The notes beneath the pieces are model-generated. The model was given only the letters and a program-made list of their open reading frames with translations, was not told the DNA's origin and did no database searches. 64,000 bases of DNA from a virus (taxonomy: Duplodnaviria > Heunggongvirae > Uroviricota > Caudoviricetes): the IMG/VR virus record IMGVR_UViG_2563366840_000011, positions 1 through 64,000 of that record. One strand, written 5' to 3'. Positions 37,000 to 46,907 of the stretch are shown here, in pieces; position 1 is the stretch's first letter; the number at the start of each line of letters is the position of its first letter. A program made the position numbers and the translations under genes.

Positions 37000-38450
37000 A
37001 AACGCGACTTAAGAATCTACCCTATGAATGGATATGCACTCAACCGAATCGATCTTGGTTTCAATCTTTTTTATCGGGATCAGGCTTCTTTTTAGGTAAC
37101 TTCGGGGGCTTAACTTGCTGATGACTTTGCGTTCGGCGCGTAAGCCAGGGATGGTCAGCTTTAGGTTTAACATAGTATTTTGAGCGTAAATCAATACGGG
37201 CATTATCCACTCGTTCATGGACACTCTTTTCATCATCCAGTGGTATAGGCTCCGGGCCATCAACATACTTTTCCCAGCCCAGCGCTTTCCCGTCATACAG
37301 AACGTTAATTTCACCGTCAAAGTTCTCGCATACAGTAACAACCGAATGCCTAAGTCGATATCCCCGGCCCTCACTGCGTACCTGAAACGCACTGCTTTTG
37401 TACTGGAAAGTGAGATTTTTAGACAGAACGCGCTTCGCCTGTAGGCTGAAGATATAACCCAGTTCCTCTTCAGAATGGTGCACATCAAGATGAGCATTAT
37501 CAGTAGTACGAGGCGACGTAGCGAACCGGTTGTTATAGGCTTCAATAAAGGTCGGCAACCATGCATTTGCTGTTTCAATATCACTGATATTCTGAAGCCG
37601 CATTTCTTTGACCAGCCTGTCCTGTAGTGTCTGATTGGCGCGCTCTACCCGCCCTTTTGCCTGCGGGCTGTTGGCATGGATTGGCTCGATGCCCAGTGTC
37701 TTTATCGCACGAGTGAACTGGGTCAGCTCACCTTCCCGCTCTGGGTTATTTACCCTGAATATACTGTGTCTATCAGAGTAGAGAGCGAGCGGTACGCCAT
37801 GATCATTAAGGTAACCCCGGAGGGTTTCCATGTAAGCCCGGGTTGTTTCAGCAGGCACAAAACGCAACGCCATCAACGCACTGGTGGCATCATCAATGAA
37901 AACGATCAGTGTACATCTGGGGCCTCGATTTTCAAACCAGTCATGAGGTGAGCCATCAATCTGGATCAGTTCACCGTAAGATGGTCGTCGCATGCGGCGT
38001 TGATATATACGGGCAATTTTACGACGGCGTTCACGCCATAACCCCTCTTCTATCATCCACTTTCTGAGAGTTTCAACGGATAAAGATAAACCGTGTATCT
38101 CGCGCAATTTTTCGCACGCAAACGTAGGTCCAAAATCAGCGTAACGGCCTTTGAGGAGTGAAATTACTGTTGCTCTGAATTCAGTAGAAAAGGAATTATT
38201 AGGACGCTTTCCACGTCGGTGGGAAACCAGACCAGAAGGCCCTTCATTTCTATACCGTTGCACCAGACGTTTAACCTGCCGAATAGAAATGCCAATGCGT
38301 GCCGCAGCTTGTTCCTGAATAATCTGAAGTCGATGGAGTTCCTTATGACTCATCGTAACAGTCTCTTTGATCATGAAAAATCCCCCAGAGAATTGTCTGG
38401 GGACATTTTAGAATGGTTCAAAGGGGACATTACAGCTTGGTGTTAACAAT
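37000..38450 (-). mobile_element. Insertion sequence carrying the 437-aa transposase; ends not resolved
   Basis: Single large transposase ORF between flxA terminator and an AT-rich small-ORF region; terminal inverted repeats could not be located by eye. Confidence 0.4.
37061..38374 (-). CDS. DDE transposase with N-terminal HTH and integrase-core (rve-like) domain; IS family not assigned (IS481/ISNCY-like guess)
   Basis: 437-aa ORF with HTH at N-terminus and D...D...E integrase-core pattern; basic Lys/Pro-rich C-terminus. Confidence 0.7.
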   Translation of the reverse strand: MIKETVTMSHKELHRLQIIQEQAAARIGISIRQVKRLVQRYRNEGPSGLVSHRRGKRPNNSFSTEFRATVISLLKGRYADFGPTFACEKLREIHGLSLSVETLRKWMIEEGLWRERRRKIARIYQRRMRRPSYGELIQIDGSPHDWFENRGPRCTLIVFIDDATSALMALRFVPAETTRAYMETLRGYLNDHGVPLALYSDRHSIFRVNNPEREGELTQFTRAIKTLGIEPIHANSPQAKGRVERANQTLQDRLVKEMRLQNISDIETANAWLPTFIEAYNNRFATSPRTTDNAHLDVHHSEEELGYIFSLQAKRVLSKNLTFQYKSSAFQVRSEGRGYRLRHSVVTVCENFDGEINVLYDGKALGWEKYVDGPEPIPLDDEKSVHERVDNARIDLRSKYYVKPKADHPWLTRRTQSHQQVKPPKLPKKKPDPDKKD

Positions 38451-38708
38451 AGCCTGCTTCTCCGTGCCTTTCGGCACGTAAGAGGCTAACCTACATGTGT
38501 CTAGCATGAAATTGGCCTCAGATTAATGTTAAGCGTCTTGCAGGACGCGTAATGTTAACTGGGGCTTTTCTCTATCTGCCGTTGGTGTCCATGCCCGAGG
38601 CAGATAGCCTCAAGCACCCGCAGTCATTCTACTTAACTAAGATTTCCCCGCAAACCGTTTTTGTCCAGCACAGTAAATATCCAACTAAACCAATGGAGTT
38701 CGCTGTAT

Positions 38709-38888
38709 TTACCGCCAGTATTCAATGCACATGACCGCCATGAACACCCCTAAAAAAAGGGCATTTATATATCCAAATATTAATATCAAAACATCAACTT
38801 TTTCCATATACCTTGCTGTGAAGATGATGGGCATACATGATGCGAACAACCAGAACGCAACAAACAAAAACTGCAATGCGTTTTTCAT
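38709..38888 (-). CDS. Small hydrophobic two-TM protein (59 aa), hypothetical
   Basis: ATG preceded by GGAGG SD; two hydrophobic helices; AT-rich. Confidence 0.4.
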   Translation of the reverse strand: MKNALQFLFVAFWLFASCMPIIFTARYMEKVDVLILIFGYINALFLGVFMAVMCIEYWR

Positions 38889-39139
38889 TATTCCTCCTAC
38901 AATCAATGTGCAATTACATTTAAACACACCTCAATTTGGCCGGACATATAAATATCTAAACCAGAAAAAATCACTTACATAGCGTTACAAACTCTTTAGT
39001 CTAAAGGTTCATCGTAAAACATTCCCCATACTTATCAGTCCGTTCCGCGCCAGGTAGCTCATTGCCTTATCTGGCAACCTGTAATCAGGTTTCCGCTTTT
39101 TCAGTTGGCTGGTCGTTTAACCGACATAGTTAATCCATT

Positions 39140-39790
39140 AATCTAGTTGCCGGATGTTGGTGGATTTTCGCGTTTTAGTTGTTCATAAAAGTGCACAGCT
39201 TTAACCAGTTCTTCTGATGTAACTGGGACTGGTGAGGCAGTGAATAAGGCCTGAATTTGATAGTTCGGCCTGTCGTTACAATCCTCTTTTTTCGGTACAT
39301 ATTTCCAGTCACCAGACCACTACTTCCCCTGAAAGTCCGTAACGCCTTTTTTCACGTAGCGATATCGCCATGCCACTGGTTTTGCTTGCCCCGCCGTTTC
39401 ATGCCCTTCCTGATAATTAATCTCGCTCATTCATCGCCCCACTCATCACAATATGCTTCGACCGGAGTTTTTCCCGCTTCATAGTCATCACGCTAGGATT
39501 CGACATCAGCAGCACTTCCACCGCGTAACTCACCATAGTCCATTAATAGTTCATCCCGCTCTTCAAAACTGATGTTATATTTAGCTGAACAAAAATCAGC
39601 CACTTTGTTCTTCCTCATCGTCTTTTATTTCGTGGTATGAGTAATTGCAGTAGTTAAAGAAAATTTCTTATGCTCCGTCATGAATTTCCTCAGGTGTTGC
39701 GTCATCGTCCACTTCGAATACATCCTCAAAATCTCCACCAGCTATTCCCGTTTCAATAATAATTTTGAACTTTCGCATTTCACTACCGCC
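39140..39790 (-). pseudogene. Run of short, frame-broken ORFs (36-41 aa pieces), probable degraded prophage gene(s)
   Basis: Hand translation gives consecutive short ORFs in different frames (MRKFKIIIETG..., MRKNKVADF..., MSEINYQEGHETAGQAKPVAWRYRYV...) with no ORF of 60 aa or more. Confidence 0.3.
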
Positions 39791-40193
39791 CTTTCGGGCG
39801 GCCTCCTGATGTTCTGAGGGTGCAGAAATCCATCCGGTTAAGGATTAAATTTTATTTACAGAACTGAATTTAATTATTCAGATATACGTATCTGTAGCCT
39901 TACGAATCTACTCACTGGATGCCTCTTTCATAAAAATAATCCAGTGGGTTTTATCGTTTTTTCCCCTGTTCGTTGACAGATAACAGGTTTTCTGTCTGTC
40001 AGTGCCAGAATCTGGCTTACCGGTATTTGCGTTTCATTCCATTAAAAAATCAGAACGCCGTGCGGCCTCAACACCCGAAAGGCTTCTTTAAATCTCTGTC
40101 GCGAATCATCACGCCAGGCATCTTTATTCAGCCGTCCATATTTCTTTCCCATCCAGGCGTTATCACCAACACTCTCAAGGTAATGACTCCAAC

Positions 40194-40697
40194 TTATTGA
40201 TAGTGTTTTATGTTCAGATAATGCCCGATGACTTTGTCATGCAGCTCCACCGATTTTGAGAACGACAGCGACTTCCGTCCCAGCCGTGCCAGGTGCTGCC
40301 TCAGATTCAGGTTATGCCGCTCAATTCGCTGCGTATATCGCTTGCTGATTACGTGCAGCCTTCCCTTCAGGCGGGATTCATACAGCGGCCAGCCATCCGT
40401 CATCCATATCACCACGTCAAAGGGTGACAGCAGGCTCATAAGACGCCCCAGCGTCGCCATAGTGCGTTCACCGAATATGTGCGCAACAACCGTCTTCCGG
40501 AGCCTGTCATACGCGTAAAACAGCCAGCGCTGGCGCGATTTAGCCCCGACATAGCCCCACTGTTCGTCCATTTCCGCGCAGACGATGACGTCACTGCCCG
40601 GCTGTATGCGCGAGGTTACCGACTGCGGCCTGAGTTTTTTAAATGGCGGAAAATCGTGTTGAGGCCAACGCCCATAATGCGGGCGGTTGCCCGGCAT
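40194..40697 (-). CDS. insB: IS1 InsB (expressed as InsAB' by frameshift)
   Basis: 167-aa ORF matching IS1 InsB. Confidence 0.9.
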   Translation of the reverse strand: MPGNRPHYGRWPQHDFPPFKKLRPQSVTSRIQPGSDVIVCAEMDEQWGYVGAKSRQRWLFYAYDRLRKTVVAHIFGERTMATLGRLMSLLSPFDVVIWMTDGWPLYESRLKGRLHVISKRYTQRIERHNLNLRQHLARLGRKSLSFSKSVELHDKVIGHYLNIKHYQ

Positions 40698-40891
40698 CCA
40701 ACGCCATTCATGGCCATATCAATGATTTTCTGGTGCGTACCGGGTTGAGAAGCGGTGTAAGTGAACTGCAGTTGCCATGTTTTACGGCAGTGAAAGCAGA
40801 GATAGCGCTGATGTCCGGCGGTGCTTTTGCCGTTACGCACCACCCCGTCAGTAGCTGAACAGGAGGGACAGCTGATAGAAACAGAAGCCAC
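40616..40891 (-). CDS. insA: IS1 InsA
   Basis: 91-aa ORF matching IS1 InsA. Confidence 0.9.
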   Translation of the reverse strand: MASVSISCPSCSATDGVVRNGKSTAGHQRYLCFHCRKTWQLQFTYTASQPGTHQKIIDMAMNGVGCRATARIMGVGLNTIFRHLKNSGRSR

Positions 40892-40946
40892 TGGAGCACC
40901 TCAAAAACACCATCATACACTAAATCAGTAAGTTGGCAGCATCACC

Positions 40947-41297
40947 CCTTTTTCAGTGAAAATCTCGCCAAGCGGTGTCTGGCTGTTATTAATCGCCCAG
41001 TCAGCCCCGCTCTCTTTCGCTTTTTCCAGTCGTTCATCAATGCGATCGGCAACAATCACATTTTTAACGTTATAGACGCCTTTTAATACCTGAACGATCG
41101 TCAGGCCGATTGGACCGGCACCATAAACCAGAACGGTATCATTTTCAGTCGGTTGACCATGTCCGGTTACGTTAGCCGCAATGGTAAAAGGTTCGATCAT
41201 TACCGCATATTGATCGGCCACTGCTTCAGGAATTTTCCACGCATTTTTTGCCGGAACCACGGCATATTCACTGAAACCACCGTCAGCTGTGGGGAGG
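40947..41297 (-). pseudogene. Internal fragment of a zinc-type medium-chain dehydrogenase gene (rspB-like by position), truncated at its 3' end by IS1 and at its 5' end by the Mu-like prophage
   Basis: Translation ...DGGFSEYAVVPAKNAWKIPEAVADQYAVMIEPFTIAANV...VLVYGAGPIGL... shows the MDR substrate-domain and Rossmann GxGxxG pattern; the frame reads straight into the IS1 terminus. Confidence 0.55.
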
Positions 41298-41450
41298 TGA
41301 TCGTTTCTGCACTGTGAAGAATCTAGGGAAAAATGCCGGGAAGGCCGATGAATAGAGAGATTGCGTGGATTCTGTGATTTTGCACTGCAAAAAATAAAAT
41401 GAGAAAAAATAGCTATTTTTGCGTTTAATTCTGCACTCGAATGAAAGGCT
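41298..41450 (+). repeat. Putative Mu-like left end (attL) with three repeated transposase-binding-site-like motifs at ~41305, ~41378 and ~41429
   Basis: Three copies of ttYtgcactS...aa with Mu L1/L2/L3-like spacing, ~240 bp upstream of the repressor gene end; exact terminus (TG near 41298) is inferred. Confidence 0.4.
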
Positions 41451-41550
41451 TTAGATCCTTTTTAAAGACCGTTTAAGCATTTTTCGATGCCAAGCACTAT
41501 ACCGTATAGTAGGTTGGTATGTAAGAAGTTGGCTTCAAAATCCATTTCGC

Positions 41551-42120
41551 TTAACCGGCCTTCTTGTCGTGACTTGTTAGGCCCGCTTCGGCTGTCTGTT
41601 GATCAGCCTCAGATGACCCTTTTTTCAGTTGCTCATTCAGCCTAAGCAAACGCTCTTTGTCTTCTAAGGGGAGATTCATCAGACTCATATCAACATCCTT
41701 AACGCTAGCCACAAGACCTACCATGCTGCGAGCGCCTTCCTTAAAGCAGTACTCTAATATTTTTTTCTGATCATCTGGTTCTAGACTGTCGAAAATCATG
41801 TTCCACGCGCATTTAGCAGGGTCTGCATATCCTCTGTGCGCTTCATCAACAGCGATGATGCGATTCAAATTAGAATCAGCCTCATGCCCAAATGCCAGCC
41901 AGTCCAACGTGACATGCTCTTTCGCTGCGATGGCTTGCATGGCAATGAAGGATGGTTCTGTTCCCCTGCTAAGGTAGTTGTTCAATGTCGAGAATGATAA
42001 CCCCCAATCTTTTGCCGCAGCCCTTACACTGCGAGTGCCTACGAGAGCTTTTAGTCTCTTGATAAAGTTTTCTTTTCTCTCTTCATCAAAAGCAAATTCG
42101 TTTGCTTTACGGTATCCCAT
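41551..42120 (-). CDS. Mu-like repressor (Repc-like)
   Basis: 189-aa ORF divergent from ner at the left end, HTH-like segment; Mu gene order. Confidence 0.55.
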   Translation of the reverse strand: MGYRKANEFAFDEERKENFIKRLKALVGTRSVRAAAKDWGLSFSTLNNYLSRGTEPSFIAMQAIAAKEHVTLDWLAFGHEADSNLNRIIAVDEAHRGYADPAKCAWNMIFDSLEPDDQKKILEYCFKEGARSMVGLVASVKDVDMSLMNLPLEDKERLLRLNEQLKKGSSEADQQTAEAGLTSHDKKAG

Positions 42121-42303
42121 TTTCTTTCCTGTTTAACATATTGATTATAAAAGAATTGATTTCAATTAGATTCAATCAACCACAAAAAGACAAAAGAAAG
42201 AGGTCTTTTTTGCTTTACGTGGTGCAAATTTGGATCAATACTTATCCCAACGGATAACCCCTGCGGATTATCCGCCCGGTTAACTTTTTAGGGTAATCGA
42301 AGT

Positions 42304-42531
42304 ATGGAAAGAAATGAAGTACAGCGTGACTGGCATCGCATTGATATTGTCGCCGAGCTGCACAAGCGTGGCGTCACTATGCGCGGCCTTTCCGCCAGCG
42401 CGGGACTAAAACCCGACACGCTGAAAAATGCGCTGGCACGCTCTTATCCAAAAGGAGAGCGCATTATTGCAAATGCTCTCAATTTAGAACCCGCCAGTAT
42501 CTGGCCAAGCCGTTACAACAAGGACCTGTGA
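42304..42531 (+). CDS. ner: Ner-like DNA-binding protein
   Basis: 75-aa ORF resembling Mu Ner (…RDWHR.D…L.NAL.R..PKGE.IIANAL...IWPSRY). Confidence 0.8.
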   Translation: MERNEVQRDWHRIDIVAELHKRGVTMRGLSASAGLKPDTLKNALARSYPKGERIIANALNLEPASIWPSRYNKDL

Positions 42532-42532
42532 C

Positions 42533-44590
42533 ATGTTCGTGACTGTTAACGAATTAGTTGGCGTCCCTGGATTGCCAACAACACAACAAGGACTGCGATA
42601 CAGTCTTAAAAAAAGTGCAGGCAACTCCCCTGAACTGGTTCGCAAGCGTGCTGGCAGCAAAGCATTCGAGTACCACATCGACTGCCTTCCTGAACAGGCG
42701 CGTGAAATAGTCAAAGCCCGGCATTATCGGGAGGTGTTGAAACAGTCTGATTGCTCACCCGCTCCAGCGGCACCAAAGCGGGAAGTCACCACGACCCGTG
42801 ATGAGCTGGCGTTATTACGGCAGTGCCCGGTATTGCTGGAGCGTGAAGTTTCCGACCTTACCGAACGCCAGAAACAGATCGCCGATGCGCGTGCATTATT
42901 AGCCGCAGAGGTTGAGCGCCTTCGGGATATCGGTATGTCTCGCGCATCGGCGGTTGAGTTCATCGCCAAAGAGTCACGCAAGGGTTCACTCCCGGAGAAC
43001 ATCCAGGCTGCGGCTGATATTGCCAATGCCCGTAAAGGCTCCAGCCGCCGTGGCGTGGGGGAAAGAACACTCCAGGAATGGCTGTCTGTTTACCTTTCAA
43101 CCCGCCCTGGTATCGAACGCCTTGCTTTACTGGCCCCAGGCCATCTTAAAGCGCGTAAGCCTGAACAGATTAAGTGGCTCCCTGATTTTCTTGCTCACTG
43201 GCGGAAACTCTCAGGCCCTTCCCTGGTTGATGCGTGGCGTTCATTCAAGACTGAATGGCAGGCTATCTATGCGGGACAGCCAGCGATGCTCGCAGTCTGC
43301 CCGTCTTATGATGCCGTTCGCCGTGCGATGGAAAAGTTGCCCAAACGTGAACGCGCTCGCGGCCGTATCAGCGGTTCAGCGGCTCTGGCCTTTGAGGTTT
43401 ACCAGAAACGTGACTGGTCACAGATGCCTGTAAATGGTTGCTGGATTGCGGATGGTAAATCGCTGGATATGAAAGTTGCTCATCCGGTCCATGGCCGCCC
43501 ATTCACGCCCGAACTGACGCTGGTGATTGATGGACGAACCCGCTTCCTGGTGGGCTGGAGCCTGGCGCTCTCGGAGAACGTCATCGCCGTAGCGGATGCC
43601 TATCGCTACGCCATGAAATTCCACGGGAAACCTCTTTTTGTTTATTCGGATAACGGTGGCGGCGAAACGAACAAAACGCTGGATGCTGATATCACCGGTA
43701 TTTTCACCCGCATGGGGATTGATCACCCGACCAGTATTCCTGGCCGACCTCAGTCTCGCGGGATTATCGAACGCCTGAACGCCGTAATACCGAGAGCGAT
43801 CGCCAACAAATTTGATACTTACAACGGATTCGGGGCCGACCGTGAGCATGTCCGGATGACCGGTCGCGCCATCCAGTCAGCGATTAAGGCTCAGGAGAAT
43901 GGCCGCGAGCTCACGAGCGTACAGCGTAATGCGCTGCGTAAACTGCCGTCATGGCAGATGCTGCTGGATACCATTGCCGAGGAAGTCGACAAATACAACA
44001 ACCTGCATGAGCACAGCGAGTTACCGAAGCGTAATGGTGTTCATATGACGCCAGCACAGTACCGTCGCGAGGTCCTGGCCACTGAGGGTGACGAGATTGA
44101 ATATCTGACGGATATCGAACTTCGTGAAGCCTTCATGCCGGAAATGTGCCGTACGGCCCAGAGAGGCTGGATTGACCTGATGAACAACCAGTATTTCAGC
44201 GCTGACCTGATACAGGTCGATGGTGAAGAGGTTCGTGTTGCCTATGACATTCACGACCCTGCCGCCGTCATCGTTCGCCGTATGGACGGTACTTATGTCT
44301 GCACCGCCATCTGGAACGGCAACAAGCGTGCCGCGCTGCCAACCAGCATGATGGATATCGCCGTTGAGAAACGCCGCCAACGTCGTCTGAAGCGCATTGA
44401 CGAACAGCGAGAAGAGATTGAAGCAGAGGCGCGAGGACTGCTGCCAGAAAGCGATATGTACCCTGATTTCGGCGCATTAATACCATCAGATGCCGAGCGT
44501 ATTAATGATGACCGGGAACACGTGTTCCTGTTCGAGTCAGAGCGAGAAGAGTGGCTGAAAAGTCAGGGCAATAAAAAAGCGGCCTTCTGA
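42533..44590 (+). CDS. A: Mu-type DDE transposase A
   Basis: 685-aa ORF immediately after ner; MuA-like size and position. Confidence 0.85.
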   Translation: MFVTVNELVGVPGLPTTQQGLRYSLKKSAGNSPELVRKRAGSKAFEYHIDCLPEQAREIVKARHYREVLKQSDCSPAPAAPKREVTTTRDELALLRQCPVLLEREVSDLTERQKQIADARALLAAEVERLRDIGMSRASAVEFIAKESRKGSLPENIQAAADIANARKGSSRRGVGERTLQEWLSVYLSTRPGIERLALLAPGHLKARKPEQIKWLPDFLAHWRKLSGPSLVDAWRSFKTEWQAIYAGQPAMLAVCPSYDAVRRAMEKLPKRERARGRISGSAALAFEVYQKRDWSQMPVNGCWIADGKSLDMKVAHPVHGRPFTPELTLVIDGRTRFLVGWSLALSENVIAVADAYRYAMKFHGKPLFVYSDNGGGETNKTLDADITGIFTRMGIDHPTSIPGRPQSRGIIERLNAVIPRAIANKFDTYNGFGADREHVRMTGRAIQSAIKAQENGRELTSVQRNALRKLPSWQMLLDTIAEEVDKYNNLHEHSELPKRNGVHMTPAQYRREVLATEGDEIEYLTDIELREAFMPEMCRTAQRGWIDLMNNQYFSADLIQVDGEEVRVAYDIHDPAAVIVRRMDGTYVCTAIWNGNKRAALPTSMMDIAVEKRRQRRLKRIDEQREEIEAEARGLLPESDMYPDFGALIPSDAERINDDREHVFLFESEREEWLKSQGNKKAAF

Positions 44591-44635
44591 CTGGACATCA
44601 CAGGCCGCTGATTTACTAAAACAGAGGAAGTAATT

Positions 44636-45529
44636 ATGTCAGCTAAAAATGAACTTGTCGAACTGATGAAAGCAAAAGGTCTTAACCAGACGCAGGTCGC
44701 CCGCGCTATTGGTAAGAGCTCTGCCGTAATCAGCCAGTACCTGAATAATAAATACGACGGCGATATTGCATCGCTGGAAAACGATATTCGTAGCTTTATC
44801 GATCGTCAGCATGAAAAAGAGCGCTCGGCACGTATCAGCGTCAAATTTGTTGATACCCCAACAACGCGCAAAGCCGTTGATGTTATACGCATGGCGCACG
44901 TCGAAGGTGATATCAACGTGCTTTACGGCGAAGCCGGTCTGGGCAAGACGATGATTTGCAAAGCCTACGTCTCTAAATACCGGGATGCGTTGCTGATTGA
45001 GGCCGACCCTGGCTACACCGCACGCGTAATCCTGGAAGAACTCTGCAACCTGCTGGGGCTCAGTACCCGCGGCAATATGCATGAACTTAGCGAAGCCTGC
45101 ATCAACAAGCTGCGCGACTCCGGGCGCGTGCTGATTATTGATGAAGCTGAGAACCTCCCTCTGCGTGCGCTGGAATCTATCCGCCGCATTCATGACAAAA
45201 CGGGGATCGGCATCGTCCTGGTTGGTATGCCTCGCCTGATTCTGAACCTCAAGGGCAAACGCGGTGAGCTCGTACAGCTCTATAGCCGTGTCGGTTTCGC
45301 CCTCAACCTCGGGCATAGCCTGCCGGGTGCTGATATTGACGTCATCGCCAGCAGCGTTCTCCCGGATGGCCTGAATGAAGACCTGAGCAAAGCGCTGTTC
45401 AACGCATCAAAAGGTAATGCCCGCCGACTGTTCAAGCTACTGCGCGGTGCAGTTCGTACCAGTGCAATGAATGATGTTCCGGTCAGCGGTCATATCGTCA
45501 ATCAGATAGCCGAAATGCTGATCCATTAA
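44636..45529 (+). CDS. B: Mu B-like transposition ATPase (AAA+)
   Basis: 297-aa ORF with N-terminal HTH, Walker A GEAGLGKT and Walker B LIIDEAE. Confidence 0.8.
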   Translation: MSAKNELVELMKAKGLNQTQVARAIGKSSAVISQYLNNKYDGDIASLENDIRSFIDRQHEKERSARISVKFVDTPTTRKAVDVIRMAHVEGDINVLYGEAGLGKTMICKAYVSKYRDALLIEADPGYTARVILEELCNLLGLSTRGNMHELSEACINKLRDSGRVLIIDEAENLPLRALESIRRIHDKTGIGIVLVGMPRLILNLKGKRGELVQLYSRVGFALNLGHSLPGADIDVIASSVLPDGLNEDLSKALFNASKGNARRLFKLLRGAVRTSAMNDVPVSGHIVNQIAEMLIH

Positions 45530-45549
45530 TCCGGATTTAAGGGGGTTTT

Positions 45550-45828
45550 ATGCTGACTTTAACATCAGATAACACGCTGGTTTCAGCGCTGTATCGTACC
45601 GAAGCTGTTGTCGTTTCCCTCCAGGCTCGTGGCGTGGAAGTGAAAGGCATCGTGGTTCGGGAAGGTCAGCCGGTCATTCGTATTCAGCGCCATGCCATGT
45701 GTGATTACCTGCTCACCAGCGGTAAAGCCAGCTACATCGAATATGGCCAGGGGAAATCGGGTAAATACCGCCAGGGCCTTTTCATCCAGGACGGCTGTCG
45801 TGTCGTCTGGTCAGAATCTATTCATTGA
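45550..45828 (+). CDS. Hypothetical Mu-like early protein
   Basis: 92-aa ORF after B. Confidence 0.35.
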   Translation: MLTLTSDNTLVSALYRTEAVVVSLQARGVEVKGIVVREGQPVIRIQRHAMCDYLLTSGKASYIEYGQGKSGKYRQGLFIQDGCRVVWSESIH

Positions 45829-45840
45829 AGGAGAAAATAA

Positions 45841-46032
45841 GTGGCAAAAGTCGTAATCAGCATAACCGATGCACCGCGCGGCATCAGTGTGGAGTGCCAG
45901 GTTTTTCCAGATGAAAAAGACAGTGAACTGACCCAGAAGGTCGCAGCCACTGTGGGGTATGGCCTGGCTGGCCATGTTAACGAAAAAATCCGTAATGCAA
46001 TCCAGAAAAAGGGGAAGTCCAATGTCCACTGA
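45841..46032 (+). CDS. Hypothetical small protein
   Basis: 63-aa ORF. Confidence 0.3.
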   Translation: MAKVVISITDAPRGISVECQVFPDEKDSELTQKVAATVGYGLAGHVNEKIRNAIQKKGKSNVH

Positions 46033-46672
46033 AAACACCATCAAACAATACACTACCACCCAGGCTCCAGAGGGATACTGGACTGATGCTCGCGGCGTTC
46101 TGACGCCAGTCAGTCTGATTAAAGAAATCGACCGCGATCGCGACCAGCTCGTTGGCGAACTTGTTGAGCAGGCGATTGTCGTTTCCTCTGCTCTGAGTGA
46201 GCTGAAATCACGCGCCTTTGCTGATATTCAGGCGTTTATCGACCTTTCGGCTGAAAAATACGGGGCCACCAAAGGCGGTAAAAAAGGTAATGTCACGCTC
46301 TACAGCTTTGATGGCCGTTTCAAAATCCAGCGAGCCATGCAGGACAGAATTGCCCTGGACGAGCGTATACAGACTGCAAAGGCGCTTATTGATACCTGTC
46401 TTGCTGACTGGACAGAAGGTGCCCGCCCGGAGCTGAAGGCGCTGGTCAATGAGGCGTTTGATACTGACAAAGAAGGCAATATCAATACCGGGCGCGTTCT
46501 GGCACTTCGTCGCCTGGAAATTGATGATGAACGCTGGCAGCAAGCCATGCAGGCAATCGGTGAAGCGGTGCAGGTCGTCGGTAGCCGTTCTTATATCCGC
46601 GTGTATGAACGTGTTGGTGACTCGGATGAATATCGTCCGATTGCTCTCGATATTGCCGGTGCGGGGGTGTGA
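46022..46672 (+). CDS. Hypothetical Mu-like early protein (DUF3164-like guess)
   Basis: 216 aa from ATG at 46022. Confidence 0.45.
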   Translation: MSTENTIKQYTTTQAPEGYWTDARGVLTPVSLIKEIDRDRDQLVGELVEQAIVVSSALSELKSRAFADIQAFIDLSAEKYGATKGGKKGNVTLYSFDGRFKIQRAMQDRIALDERIQTAKALIDTCLADWTEGARPELKALVNEAFDTDKEGNINTGRVLALRRLEIDDERWQQAMQAIGEAVQVVGSRSYIRVYERVGDSDEYRPIALDIAGAGV

Positions 46673-46673
46673 T

Positions 46674-46907
46674 ATGTATGTTCTGGTAGATCGCACCCAT
46701 GCCCGTAAACCATGCAGTCCATTTATGTCTTATGCAGTCAGCGCTGTACTTGCTGAGCAAGTTGGCGATTTTCATAACGCTGCAACAGCCTGGAAAACTG
46801 CATTCAGCCTGGCGAAAACAGAGGTCAATTCTATCTGGGCAATATCGCGAATGGAGTTCTGTCTTCATGCGGCGAATCGTGGTTGGGGGATTCCGAATGA
46901 AAGCTAA
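46674..46907 (+). CDS. Hypothetical protein (77 aa)
   Basis: ATG 2 nt after the previous stop. Confidence 0.35.
   Translation: MYVLVDRTHARKPCSPFMSYAVSAVLAEQVGDFHNAATAWKTAFSLAKTEVNSIWAISRMEFCLHAANRGWGIPNES

Larger units (their letters stand above)
40179..40946 (-). mobile_element. IS1: IS1 (768 bp)
   Basis: Ends match IS1 terminal repeats (ggtaatgactccaacttattgat ... atcagtaagttggcagcatcacc); encodes InsA and InsB. Confidence 0.9.

Noticed and set aside
37009-37584. 191-aa minus-strand ORF overlapping the IS transposase gene
   Set aside because: Alternative frame inside the transposase gene; no independent support.
40925-41260. 111-aa ORF that looks like an intact small gene
   Set aside because: It is an internal dehydrogenase fragment whose C-terminal residues are encoded by the IS1 terminus; annotated as a pseudogene remnant instead.
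44639-45316. 225-aa minus-strand ORF opposite the MuB-like gene
   Set aside because: Antisense to an ORF with clear Walker A/B motifs.
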